A stretch of DNA of 64,000 nt, taken from the NCBI RefSeq assembly GCF_009914755.1, contig NC_060928.1. One strand, given 5' to 3'. Of this stretch, positions 1 through 14,667 are shown piece by piece. The DNA comes from the human T2T-CHM13v2.0 reference genome, Homo sapiens. A program made the translations under genes and the position numbers. The notes under the pieces were generated by a model, which saw only the letters and a list, made by a program, of their open reading frames with translations, ran no database searches and had not been told where the DNA came from. The first letter of the stretch is position 1; every line of letters starts with the position of its first letter.

Positions 1-157
1 AGTGCCACTATGCTTGGATAAACATTTTATTTTAAATTTTTTTGTAGAGATGTGGTCTTGCTATGTTGCCCAAGCTGATCTTCAACTCCTGGCCTCAAGG
101 GATCCTCCCGCTTCAGCCTCCCAAAGCATTGGGCTTACAGGTATGAGCCAACATGCC
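1..157 (-). mobile_element. AluJ-type fragment at the window edge
   Basis: Antisense Alu left arm. Confidence 0.85.
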
Positions 158-439
158 CTCTAATCTATTATTCTCTAATAAAAAGTTGGGCAATTTCAAT
201 CTATAGGAATAAAATAATCATTTTACCTTATGCAGGGTATTTAGTCATTTAACTATGATAGTTTATAGGTAATCATATAAGCACTTTTGGCTTAATCACT
301 ATGATTATATGTCCTGGAAATTAAGACACATACACACTCTGATTTTATTAAACTTTACACTGAACTTTTAGATTCAACATTAGATGGTTTAAAAGACAAA
401 GGTGATGTCTCTCAAAGAGAAGTTTTTTTTTTTAAAAAA

Positions 440-795
440 AACAGCTTTATAGGGGTAGAATTTACATAAAATAAGCCGTTCATATTAAAATATACCACTG
501 ACACGCACAGAGTTGCGACCTCATCCTTACAATCAAAGTAGTAAACATATCTATCACCCCAAAAAGTTTCCTCATGCCTCTCTGTAACGCCCCCCTCCTA
601 CCCTTCTCAGTACCTGCCCTCAGTTTTCTGTATGTGTAGATTAGTTTGCATTTCCTAGAGTCTTATATAAATGAGATCATATAGAATTTATCTTTTTCTG
701 GGTCTGGTTTCTTTCAGCACAATTACTTTGAGATTCATCTGTGTTGTTGCATGTATCAATGGTTAATTCCTTTTTATTTTTGAGTAGTATTCCTC
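440..795 (-). mobile_element. Old L1M 3' end fragment
   Basis: ACAGCTTTAT...CATATCTATCACCCCAAAAAGTTTCCTCATGCC...TTTTGAGATTCATC...GAGTAGTATTCC. Confidence 0.7.
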
Positions 796-1920
796 TAGTG
801 TTGTAGAAAAACTAATTCTGAGCTTCCTCCTGCTAGTGGAAGAAATTACTACAATTTGGGACTTCTGTCTCTTAAACATTTAAATGAGCCTTTCTGACCA
901 AAATAGGCTGATATTAATCTATATTAATATTGTGCCTGTGTGTGCTTTCATTGTTGCTAATGAAAATTTCAGCGTTAACTCTACAAATTGTGTGGTCAAA
1001 AGGATCACACAGAGGCTGTTTGTTAAAAATACATTCTTTGAAAGACAAAAGAAAGGGCTACTTTCATTGTTGTACAGTATCTTTCCCAAGTGGAACATCG
1101 GCGTTATCATAAAGACTGGAAATCGGCTTTCCATCCACCTGTAAACAAACAAGAACTGGGTTATTCCTAATCCTTTCCTATGCAAAGCCTTTTCTTATAT
1201 CTCTCACTCTGGCTGAAATATTATTTCCTCTCGTCAACTGAGCAAATTCTGCCCACTCTTTAAGGATTTTCTCAGCTGGATATAAGTTCTTTCTTCTCTG
1301 ATCTTTCATAACACATTCCATCTTTCTTTTAGTCATATGTAGTATTATCTTAAACTTTTTTGAGTATTTGTCTTATTTTTATATTGTTATAAGCTCTTTA
1401 AGGGCAAAGTGTATGCCAAATACATAGTAGGTACTCAAATATTTGCTGCATGAGTAAATAAACCTACCAGTAAGAAGCAAGAAAGTTATAGATAGTTCCA
1501 TTTTTAGCCTACATGAGAACAGTGATAAGATTTCAAAAGGAGCATATCCATTGAACACTTCAATACATTTGGAGCCACAGAAGCTTTACATAAAGCCCCT
1601 AACCAACATTAAAAATAAGAGGATGAGAGAATTTTTACCTATACAAGGCTAGGTACAGGGATAGGAAGTAAATGATTATATTGTTATATACTGGCTGGAT
1701 TCATTTTATATTGGATGATTTTTTTCATCTTATATGCCCCTACCATACCAAAAGTACCTATTCTAGTACTTAGGCCACAAACTTGGAATGTAGTGGAGCA
1801 TAGTATCATGGTAAAACCCAGGCCGAATTTGGGCCAGGTGAACAAGAGCACAAAGGATTGAGGGTGTTTATGAAAAGTTGGATCATGAAACCTAGATCAT
1901 GCATCTAGGCTGATTTAAGG

Positions 1921-2070
1921 AAGGAAGTGGCAGAAGAGGGCTTTTAGTAAGAAAATGGATGAGCTAAAGGAATGGACAAGATTGAAATTTAGGATAAGGA
2001 AGTGGCAGAGGAGGGCTTTTAGCAAGAAAATGGATGAGCTAAAGGAATGAACGAGATTGAAATTTAGGAT
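1921..2070 (+). repeat. 75-bp direct tandem duplication
   Basis: AAGGAAGTGGCAGA...GAAATTTAGGAT at 1921-1995 and 1996-2070 with few substitutions. Confidence 0.9.
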
Positions 2071-2278
2071 TTAAGAGGTGATAAACCACCTGGTTTGTAA
2101 CAAACTTAGATTTAGCTATAGAATAGACCAAAGAACAGAATAAAGTTGTGACAAACCACCTAATGTTGGCAAACAGGTACAGCCATAGAATAGACCAAGT
2201 GGAATGTGTTAAAGGGTATCAAATTGAGAGGATTCAAGGAATTGGAGACTAGGGCTGTTCACATGGACAGTGAGGTCA

Positions 2279-3137
<859 letters not shown>

Positions 3138-4029
3138 GGATGAAAATACAGGTGAGTTTGTTTTGAATAGGCTGGAGTTCCAGAAAGCCCAGGAAAAAGG
3201 AGAGCAGAAGTAAGCAGAAGGGTTTGGGAGAGCTTGCAAAGCTCTCTGGGAAAGGAGAGCCACCTGTAGAGGCTTGTATTTGGAGAAGTGCTGAATATGA
3301 TAGGGAACTGAAGATTAACTGGCCTTAGAGATCTCATGGAATTCCTATGAAAAGATGTTTCAGGACTGGTCCAGGCAGAGGCATCAGAATTGTGAGGAAG
3401 AGGACAGTTGGCAAGTAGGTCTGGGATGCATTTCTTTCTGCCCTGGCTGGTATTAGAGACATAATGCTATTAGCAACCTTTGTTTAAGGTTTTTTCATTT
3501 ACTCAACATATAGTGATTGAGCATCTCTTCTATGCCAGGCATTGTGCTCGATTCTGGGAATGGAGTTACAATGGTAATAGAGATACACCCCTTCCCCAAA
3601 GAAAACATAAAATACAGTGTGAGGTATAGACCAGTAAACAGTATTCTGATGGGGGAGTTCAGGGTGTAATGGGAATATAGGCAGTGAGGGTGGCACATAT
3701 ACCCAGATTTAGGAAGTGAGGAACGCTTCTTGGAGGAAGTATTGAATAAACTGGGGCCTAAAGTGTTAGTATGAATTAGCCAGTTGAGAGAGGGTCAAAG
3801 AGCAAGGGAAAAGAAAGTAGAGTGTTTCAGGCAGAGAGCAGTGTGAACAGCGTGTGCAAAATCCTGGAAGCGAGAGAAAGAAAGGCTGAGACATTGAAAG
3901 AAACCTGTTTTCTATCTTACAGGGTTGTTGTGCAATTTAGCCCCTAGAATAGTGGCTGGCACAGAATAAATGCTGAGAAATATCAGAAATTATTACTATG
4001 CCTGTAGCATAGAATTGAGGGTGAGTGGG

Positions 4030-4360
4030 GGCCGGGCACAGTGGCTAACGCCTGCAATCCCAAGACTTTGGGAGGCTGAGGCGGGCGGATCACCTGAGGT
4101 CGGGAGTTTGAGACCAGCCTGACTAACATGGAGAAACCCCGTCTCTACTAAAAATACAAAATTAGCCGGGCGTGGTGGCATGCGCCTGTAATCCCAGCTA
4201 TTTGGGAGGCTGAGGCAGGAGAAACGCTTGAACCTGGGAGGCCGAGGGAGGAGAAGCGCTTGAACCTTGATCTGGTGAGCCGAGATCGCACCATTGCACT
4301 TCAGCCTGGGCAACAATAGAAACTCTGTCTCAAAAACAAACAAAAAACAAAACAAAAAAC
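4030..4360 (+). mobile_element. AluSp/Sq with internal partial duplication
   Basis: TSD AGAATTGAGGGTGAGTGGG; duplicated GAGG..GGAGAA.CGCTTGAACCT. Confidence 0.93.
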
Positions 4361-4644
4361 AGAATTGAGGGTGAGTGGGAAAAGAAGGCTACACAAGTAG
4401 GCAGAAGCCAAATTATAAAGTCCCATAAACCATGATACTAGGCATTTAGACTTAATCCAAGTCACTGGCAAACTACTCAACAGATTTTAAATAGTGGAAT
4501 GAATTTCATGCATTTTAGAAAGATGGGCTGAGACTAGTAGCAGGGAGATGAGGCAGAAGATTAATCATGATCTGAACTAGTTAGCAGCAGTGTTGGTAGA
4601 GAAACATAGATGGATTTCAGAGCTATTTAGAAGGTAGAAAATTT

Positions 4645-5045
4645 GTTTCCTGGGACTACCATAACAGATTACTACAAACCTCATGACTTAAAAAAGCAGA
4701 ATTTATTCTCTTACAGTTTTGGAGGTCAGAAGTCTGAAATCAGGCTGTCAATGGGGTTGGCAATTCTTGGTGTTCTTTGGCCTGTAGCAGCATCACTCCA
4801 ATCTCTCTCTCCAGCCTTATAGGGATCTTCACATGGCATTCTCCCCTGTGTCTTTGTCTCACATCTCCCTCTCCTTTCATGTTTAAGGACATCAGTCATT
4901 GGATTTAGGGCCCTCCCTAATCCGGGATAATCACCTCTCAAGATCCTGAATTACATCTACAAAGACCCTAAGTAAGATCACATTCATAAGCAGTGGGGGC
5001 TGGGACTTTCACATATCTTTCTGGGGGGATACAATTTCTCTCACT
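4645..5045 (-). mobile_element. MLT1-family MaLR LTR
   Basis: CATAACAGATTACTACAAAC...AATTTATTCTCTTACAGTTTTGGAGGTCAGAAGTCTGAAATC...GGATTTAGGGCCC. Confidence 0.75.
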
Positions 5046-6007
5046 GTAATAGAATTAATGGAAGCCAATGGTTGGCTAAATGGGGGAAGGGGGCTGAAGG
5101 CGAAGGATAAATCAAGGACAATATCCATGTTTTCTACTTGAGCAACTGGATGATGCTACCACTCACTAAAATAAGTAACACTGGAGGAGAATCAAGTTTG
5201 GAGATGGAAGAGGGCATCTTTATTTTGAGGTGCTTGTGGAAATCAAGGTGGATATCAAGTAGACACTAGGTCAAATAAGTCATGAGCTTAGTACAGAGAA
5301 ATCTGAGCTGGGCTTCCAGGTTTAGGTGGTAACTAAAGCAATGGATGTAGTAAGATTGCCAAGGAAGAATCTGGAGAACATGAAGAACTTGTATCAGAAC
5401 GCTGTGATATACAAAATTTGAGGGAGGGACAGGAAAAGTAGCAATCAGGGAAGTAAGATTAAAAAAACAATAAGAGAGTAATATCTTGGAAGAGCTCAGG
5501 AAAGAAAGTTTAAAGCAGGAGTGAACAGTTTCTATGGGTTTGGAGAAACTTGAATGAAAGAGAATTGAGGCAATGCAAAGAGTATAAATAAATATTTCAA
5601 AAGTTTGTTAAGAGCAGGAGAGACAGAGACTGGCAGCTGACAGGGGATGCCCAGAGAGAATTTTCTTTCTCTTTTTTTGTTTTAATTTAAGATGGGAGAG
5701 ATGTATGCTTGCCAGAAAACAAAAAATGTAGCCAGGGAGAACTGAATGTGGAAGATAGGCAATATTAAGGAATGCTGAGGAGGCAGGACACAGGGGAGAC
5801 ATTATAATCTCAGACAGGAAGAAAAACATCTCTAGGGAGAGGGGAAAGGATGGCTGTGGAAGCAGGTAAGTTTGCTCACTTACTTATTCAACGAATATTT
5901 TTGAATGCCTGGCAGATGTAAATGCTGATGATACAAAGTGAACAAAACAAAGTATTGAACCTGTATTTCAGAGGGAAACTTACATTTCAGGTGGGACTAC
6001 ATAGAGT

Positions 6008-6260
6008 CAGGTGTGCTGGTGTGTGCCTATAATCCCAGCTACTTGGGAGGCTAAGGTGGGAAGATCACTTGAGTCCAGGAGCCTGGGCAACATAGTGAGA
6101 CCCCTATATGAGGGGAGGGGAGGGGAGGGAAGGGAGAAGGAAGGAAGGAGAGAGAAAAGAATGGAAGGAAGGAAGGAAAAAGAAAAGAATGAAAGGAAGG
6201 AAGGAAGGAAAGAGAAAGAAAAAGAAAGAAAGAGAAAAAGAAAGAAAAGAAAGAAAAAAA
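6008..6260 (+). repeat. Alu monomer fragment followed by a GA-rich purine tract
   Basis: FLAM/FRAM-like 6008-6108, then (GGAA/GAAA)n at 6110-6260. Confidence 0.8.
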
Positions 6261-6399
6261 ATCTCAATATCAATGTGGGGTAAGTGCTATGAGGAAAATA
6301 AGCATAAGGAGAGGAAGAAACCCTTGCAGGGGTATCTGTTTAAAATGAGGTACCTAGGTTCAGCCTCTCTGAGTTAGAAAATGAGAAAGTAAGGCATTA

Positions 6400-6801
<402 letters not shown>

Positions 6802-7829
6802 GAACAGCAAGGAGGCCAGTGCTGCTGGAGCACAGTAAGGTAGCAGGAGAGAGGTCTGAAGTCCGAATGATAGGCTGGGGTCAAATCACATAGATCTAGT
6901 AGGATTTGGTAAGGACTTCAGATATTTAGTCTAAAAGTGGTGGAGAGCTCTTGGAAGGTTTTGAGCAGAGAAGTGACATGATCTAATTTATGAAAGAATA
7001 ACTTTGGCTGCTATGTGAACAATAAATGGCAAGCAGCAAGAGTGGAAGTTGGGAGTCCAGTTAGGAAGTGACTACAGTAGTCCAGATGAAAAATGATGAT
7101 GGCCTGGACCAGGGTGGTGGTTGTGGAGGAGTAGGAAATCACTGAGTTACGAATCTAGTCTGAAAGCAGAGCTCACAGTACATACTGAGAGACTGAAAGT
7201 GGGGTGTGAAAGAAAAAAGCAGAGAGCATCAAATACCTCAGATAGAACACTGGCTAAGATAGAAATGGTTCCTTCAAAGAAATCCTAGCCCGTGTGGATA
7301 AGTATATAACAAGGGAGAAGGGAAGGAAGTGTGTATTTGCTAGATGCCTCTATGTCCTAGTTTTATGTGTCATCCCATTAAATCCTCTCCACAACCTTTG
7401 GTGATATTATTATCCTTAATTGTAGATAATAAAATTAAGTAATTAAAATTTAATGTAATAGTTTCTTCGTCACAGCTAACGTGAATTTTAACTCAAGACT
7501 GTCTAACAGTCAAGCTCTTTTCACTAACACTGTTCTCCAAAAAATATACCTGAAGAATAGGAAATAACACTCTTATAATAATAGTACAAATAAAAAGATT
7601 AATTTTGAAGCAAACTAATACTTGAAAAAAGCAGCTTTAATTAGACAATGATACAAAAGTACGTATTCATTTTGGGACCAGTTCTGAATGAGACTTTTGG
7701 GGACTTCAAGGGTTTCAGAGTCTAACTGCACTCATTATTTCAGATTTCTAATTTCCCTTTTAAATGGCGGATTTATCCCTAGTACAACTTTTACACTTAT
7801 TAACGTTGATGCCATTTGTTTTTTCTTTT

Positions 7830-9597
7830 GTAAACTGAGGTAATACATAACATACCATCTTTACCATTTTAAGTGTACAGTTCAGTGGTAATAAGTACAC
7901 TTATATCCTTTTTCCCCCTTCATCCCCTACTCCATCCCCTCCTTTCTGGCTTCTGGTAACCACCAATGTACTCTGTGTCATCATGAAATCCACATTTTTA
8001 GCTCCCATGTATGACTGACAACATGCAATATTTGTCTTTATGTACTTGGCTTATTTAACATAGTGGTCGCCAGTATCATCCATGTTGCTGCAAATGAGAG
8101 GGTTTCATTATTTTTTATGGCTGATTAATATTTCATTGTGCATACATACCACACTTTATCCATTCACCCATTGATGGGCACTTAGGTTAATTCCATATCT
8201 TGGCTATTGTGAACAATGCTGCAATAAACATGGGAGTGCAGATATCTTTTTGATATACGGATTTCCTTTCTTTTGGATACATATTCAGTAGTGGAATTGC
8301 TGGATCATATGGTAATTCTATTTTTAGTTTTTTGAAGAACTTCCATACTGTTCTTCATAGTGGTTGTACTAGTTTACATTTCTACCAACAGTGTATGAGG
8401 GTTCTCTTTTCTCCACATCCTCACTAGCATCTGTTATTATCTGTTTTCTTAATACAAGCCATTTTAACTGGGGTGAAATAACATGTTGTTTTAATTTGCA
8501 TTTCTCTAATGATTAGTAATGTTGAGCATTTTTTCATATACCTGTTGGCCATTTTTATGTCTTCCTTTGAGAAATGTCTGTTTGGATCTTTTGCCCACTT
8601 TTTTTTTTTTTTTTTTCAAGATGGAGTCTCGCTCTGTCATCAGGCTGGAGTGCAGTTGTGTGATCTTGGTTCACTGCAACCTCTGCCTCCCAGGTTCAAG
8701 CGATTCTCACTGCCTCAGCTTCCCAAGTAGCTGGGACTACAGGCACATGCCACCACACCCGGCTAATTTTTTTTGTATTTTCAGTAGAGATGGGGTTTCA
8801 CCATGTTGGCCAGGATGGTCTCGATCTCTTGACCTGCCTGCCTTGGCCTCCCAAAGTGCTGGGATTATAGGCTTGAGCCACCCCACCCAACCTGCCCACT
8901 TTTTAGATTATTTGGCTTTTGTTTTTTTTGTGTTTGTTTGTTTTGTTTTTGGCTTAAATTGTTTGGTCTCTTTATTCTGGTCATTAATCCCTTGTCGGAT
9001 GGATAGTTTGAAAATGTTTTCTCTCATTCTGTGGGTTGTCTCCCCCACTCTGTTGAGTGTTTCCTTTGCTGTGCAGAAACTTTTTAGCTTAATGTAATCT
9101 CATTTGTCTGTTTTTGCTTTGTTGTCTGTGCTTTTGAGGTCTTAAACAAAAAAATCTTTTCCCAGACCAAGGTCCTGGAGCACTTCTCCAGTGTGTTCTT
9201 CTAGTTTTGTAGTTTCAGGTCTTAGATTTAAGCCTTTAATCCATTTTGATTTGATTTTTGTGTATAGCGAGAGAGAGGAATCTTGTTTCATTCTTCTGCA
9301 TATAGTTATCTAGCTTTCCCCCACACCATTTATTGAAAAGACCATCGTTTCCTCATTGTATGTTCTTGGCACCTTTGTTAAAGATGAGTTGGTATATCTA
9401 GATTCTCTATACTGTTTCATTGGTGGTCTATGTGCCTATTTTTTTTTTTTTTTTAATGCCAGTACCATGTTATTTTAGGTATTAGAGCTTTGTAGTAAAT
9501 TTTGAAGTCTGGTAGTGTGATGCTTCCAGCCTTGTTCTTTTTGCTCAGGGTTGCTTTGGCTATTTGGGGCTTTTATGGTTCTGTATATATTTTAGAA
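7830..9597 (-). mobile_element. L1MA-type 3' fragment, interrupted by an Alu
   Basis: L1 3'UTR/ORF2-end antisense motifs such as CATCCATGTTGCTGCAAATG, GGAGTGCAGATATCT and TTTGAAGTCTGGTAGTGTGATGC. Confidence 0.85.
8599..8892 (-). mobile_element. AluS within L1MA
   Basis: Antisense dimer, TSD TGCCCACTTTT. Confidence 0.93.
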
Positions 9598-9936
9598 TGA
9601 TGCCCTTTGTGTTTGATCCACAAAAAGGGAGACATCCAGAGCTGAAGAGTTTTCCCTGAGAATTTTGTCAAGAGCTAGAAGAGAAAGGGGAAGAAGTACA
9701 TGAACAACTGCATATGGTGATATTCACTCTTAAGTCTGCTATACAGAAATTTAAGGGGTGGGGGGCGGTGGTTATAGTGTGGAGCCAGGAACCCAAGGAA
9801 GCCTATCCATAGTTCCACATCGCTGATGTAATTCTTAGTATATGGACACTTGAACAATTCAATATATTAATAAGTCTAAATTTCTATCTGGACAAGGGTC
9901 TGGGGTAAGGAGCTGGGGGTATTTTGTTTCCTTATA

Positions 9937-10937
9937 TGTTGCGGGAAGTCAGGGACCCCAAATGGAGGGACCGGCTGGAGCCGTGGCAGAGGAACATAAA
10001 TTGTGAAGATTTCATGGACATTTATCAGTTCCCAAATAATACTTTTATAATTTCTTATGCCTGTCTTACTTTAATCTCTTAATTCTGTTATCTTCGTAAG
10101 CTGAGGATGTACATCACCTCAGGACCACTGTGATAACTGTGTTAACTGTACAAATTGATTGTAAAACGTGTGTTTGAACAATATGAAATCAGTGCACCTT
10201 GAAAAAGAATAGAATAACAGCGATTTTTAGGGAACAAGGGAAGACAACCATAAGGTCTGACTGCCTGCAGGGTCAGGCAAAAAGAGCCATATTTTTCTTC
10301 TTGCAGAGAGCCTATAAACAGACATGCAAGTAGGAGAGATATCGCTAAATTCTTTTCCTAGCAAGGTATATTAATATTAAGACCCTGGGAAAAGAATGCA
10401 TTCCTGGGGGGAGGTCTATAAATGGCTGCACTGGGAGTGTCTGTCTTATGTGGTTGAGATAATGATGAAATATGCCCTGGTCTCCTGCAGTACCCTCAGG
10501 CTTATTAGGATTGGGAAACTCCATCCTGGTAAATTTTTGGTCAGACCGGTTCTCTGCTCTCGAACCTGTGTTTTGTTGTTTAAGATGTTTATCAAGACAA
10601 TACATGCACCGCTGAACATAGACCCTTATCAGGAGTTCTGCTTTGCCCTTGTCCTGTTTCCTCAGAAGCATGTGATCTTTGTTCTGCTTTTTGCCCTTTG
10701 AAGCATGTGATCTTTGTACCTACTCCCTGTTCATACACGCCCTCCCCTTTTGAAATCCTTAATAAAAACTTGCTGGTTTTGAGGTTCGGGTGGGCATCAT
10801 GGTCCTACCGATATGTGATGTCACCCCTGGTGGCCAAGCTGTAAAATTTCTCTCTTTGTACTCTTTATTTCTCAGCCGGCCAACACTTATGGAAAATAGA
10901 ACCTCCGTTGAAATATTGGGGGCGGGTTCCCCTGATA
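9937..10937 (+). mobile_element. MER11 solo LTR (HERV-K11/HML-8)
   Basis: TGTTGCGGGAAGTCAGGGACCCC...GGCGGGTTCCCCTGATA, ~1 kb, with a 6-bp TSD CTTATA/ATTATA and internal AATAAA. Confidence 0.85.
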
Positions 10938-11102
10938 ATTATACTTCTCTCAGTAAATGTTCATACTGTCTTTACTGTCTTTTCGCTCCCTCCCTCCTTT
11001 CCTTCCTTTCCTTTCCTTTCCCTCCCTCCCTTCCTTCCGGACAAGGGTCTTGGGGCATTTTGTTTCCTTATACTTCTCTCAGTAAATCAATCAATCCTTC
11101 CC

Positions 11103-11357
11103 TTTTTTTTTTTTTTTTTTTGAGACAGAGTCTCGCTCTATCCCCTGGCTGGAGTGCAGTGGTGTGATCTCGGCTCACTGCAACCTCCACCTCCCAGTTT
11201 CAAGTGTTTCTCATGCCTTAGCCTCCCAAGTAGTTGGGATTACTTTAGTAAAGACATGGTTTCGCCAGGCTGGCCTCGAACTCCTGACCTCAGGTGATCT
11301 GCCCACCTCAGCCTCCCAAAGTGCTGGGATTACAGGCATAAGCCACCACACCTGGCC
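11103..11357 (-). mobile_element. AluS with internal deletion
   Basis: Antisense Alu lacking the middle A-rich linker region. Confidence 0.9.
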
Positions 11358-11559
11358 TATACTGTCTTTTCATCCATGAGAAACATAACACAAAGACTGG
11401 GCATATGCTAAGAGTTGTCACCAAAACACTGAAGGAACGGACAAGGAAAGGGCAAGGGTACGTAGTGGAAGGGGCAGGGGCAATTAATGGGCTAAGAAGG
11501 TACAGTACAGAAGGTTCAGGAGAGGGAGGTAAAACTCAGAATCACTGGCTGCATCCCAA

Positions 11560-11740
11560 CTATACAGCCTTGGGTAAGTTGCTTACTTTTTCTGAGCCTC
11601 AGGATCCTCATCTGGTAAGTAGGGATAAGTGAGAGTAAAAATAGGACCAACCTCATAGGCTCCTGTGACAATAAAATGATATAATCCATTTGAAGTACTT
11701 AGCAAAACGGCTCAACAAATGTTTGCTACTATTATTAAAT
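11560..11740. mobile_element. MIR SINE
   Basis: CCTTGGGTAAGTTGCTTACTTTTTCTGAGCCTCAG..CTCATCTG core. Confidence 0.7.
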
Positions 11741-11918
11741 TTCACTAACAGTGCAACTTCAGACAAGTGGCTTAAAGTCTTTGCCCTTTATTTCTTCAGC
11801 TACAAAATGATGGATAGAACCAGGTGATACTGAAGATTTCTTTATAACTTTATATAATTATGATGTTACGTGCATTGTACTCAAGGTGGTAGAAAAGAAA
11901 TTAGAAATCTCCCTTGGT

Positions 11919-11934
11919 TGCCACCAGGTGGCAG
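11919..11934 (+). promoter_or_regulatory. CTCF core motif, quasi-palindromic
   Basis: CCACCAGGTGGCAG matches CCASYAGRKGGCRS and lies within TGCCACC-A-GGTGGCA. Confidence 0.65.
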
Positions 11935-12799
11935 TAATGAGGAATTTAAGTACCATCCCATTTTGGGGAAAGCATACCATTTTTCAGTGTACAGATGCAG
12001 AACTATTGTTAACATTTTGATATATAATCTTCCATCTAGGTTTTTTTCTTCACAGGTATATGCCAATTTTTATTTTACAAAAATGTGGATAGTATTAGAC
12101 ATCTGTTTTGTAATCAGCTTTTTAAAAAACATAACAATATATGGCGATCACCTTCCATATCAATTAATGTAGTTCTACATCATGCTTAAGAGCTCTGTGG
12201 TATTCCACAGGAATTTATTTAAACCATACTTGGTTAAAACCATCCTCTACTTGTCAAACAATCAATGTTTTTAATTGGATTGGCATTATAACATTATAGA
12301 CAATGTTTCAATAAATATCTTAGCCATATACTATCTAGTTATTTCTCAGGGAAATTTTCCAGAAGTGGAATGTCTGGGCAAAGGGTATGTACTTAAAAAA
12401 AAAACTTTTAATATATACCACCCATTTGTCTTTTCCTATATAGGTTTTTGTGTCTAATAGAGCAAGGTCCCTTATCGATGCCTTTCTTCAAAATATGAAT
12501 TGGCTATTCTGAAGCATTTATTCTTCATGGTGAAATTTACAATCATTTTGTCAAATTTGCCCCTTCCTTTCCTCCAAAAATTCCACTGGAATTTTGACTG
12601 ATATTGTGTCCATTTTATAGATTAACTTGAAGAGAGTTTGCATTATTACAATATTATGTCTTTCCATCCAGCAGCATGGTACTCTCCTCCATTCATCCAT
12701 TTCCTCTGTCGGTAAATTTGAGTACTATTTACCATTTAGTTTACTTCTGAATATTTTATATTTTTTATTACCATTACTGGGTTTTTTTGTCCTTTTTGT

Positions 12800-13102
12800 T
12801 TTTTTTGTTTTGTTTTGTTTTGTTTTTTTGAGACAGGGTCTCACTCTGTCACCCAGGCTGGAGTGCAGTGGTAAAATGTCGGGTCACTGCAACCTTTGCC
12901 ACCCGAGTTCAAGTGATTCTCTTGCCTCAGCCTCCCAAGTAGCTGGGATTACAGGCACATGCCACACCAATTTTTGTATTTTTAGTAGAGATGGGGTTTC
13001 ACCTTGATTGCCAGGCTGGCCTTGAACTCCCGACCTCGGATGTTCTGCCCACCTCGGCCTCCCAAAGTGCTGGGATTACAGGCATGAGCCACCACGCCCA
13101 GC
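12800..13102 (-). mobile_element. AluS
   Basis: Antisense dimer. Confidence 0.92.
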
Positions 13103-13936
13103 AGAATTACTGATTTTTTAATTGGTCACATTACTAGACTTGTTTAATGGTTCTAATATTCTTCAGTTTATCCATCCACTCTACAAATATTTATTGAGTG
13201 TGTACAATGTGCCAAATGCTATTCTGGGTCCTGGAAATAGCAGTAATAAATCTGTTCTCCAGGTCTTTATATCCTACAGAGAGGAAATACTAAACAGAGA
13301 AATATATGACAGGTGGTGATAAGTGCTAAGGAGGTGGTGGTCGGGAAAAGCATAGAAAGGAGGATGGAAAGTGACCAGGAAAGATATTCTTTCAGATAAT
13401 GTATTAAAATAAGCCCCCTCTGATGAGCTGAAGTTTGAGGAGACACCTAAAGTGATGTTGCTTTTCTTGGATTTTCCTGGTAGATATTTACTTATATCAC
13501 TATGCTCTTTCCCAGTCACAGCAGGATTTCCAAGCTCCTGGAGATTGCCTGTCCAGTGGCAGCAACACCAAAGACTTAGACTGTAAAGAAAGCCTCTAAA
13601 ATTCCCAGTGTTCCTGGATTTAAATAACACATCCAGAGTTCTTCCCAGTCACAACTCCAGCTGGATTTTAGAGGCACAAAGAGCTGAATGTGATCCTGGT
13701 AAATCTACCCCCGACCCATCACAATATCCACCTGCTTTATAAACTGCCTAACAGAACAATTCCAAGAGATTATAATAACACGCTACAAACTGCTTAAAAG
13801 AACAATCCCAAGAGGCTATAATGAGACCTTTTTTTAAAAAAATAGAAATAACCCCATCATACCTCATTTCCCTATTTGCATCTTTTAAAGTCCATTGTAT
13901 AGAATTGTAACACCATCATGCTTTGCTCTAATATAG

Positions 13937-14274
<338 letters not shown>

Positions 14275-14667
14275 TGACCCTTCCACTGTATTGTCATCAG
14301 TCAAATCCCCTAATCCTTAACACCTTTTCTAAACATTCCTTTCATTTTCTTACTCTAACCAAAACCTAACCATCTCCTAATAATATTGCTTTCCTTGCAA
14401 TACTCTCAAATTGTGTCTGCTTTTAAAAATTACTCAACCCACTTACCAAAGGAGCCTAGAGATGAGGTAGGTGTCCTGCTTATTCCCCACTGCCAATTCC
14501 AGACCTTTTTTCTCCTTTGAAAATTCTAGTTCCCTTGACCATATCATCCATTCTCCTTTTTTTTTTTTTACAGTCGTCTACTGTCTTCCTGGTCTCTCAC
14601 CCTCATTGCAGAAGAGCTTAGCATGCAGTGTCTTGTTTTCCTTTCCACTGCTACTGCTGTCATTATT

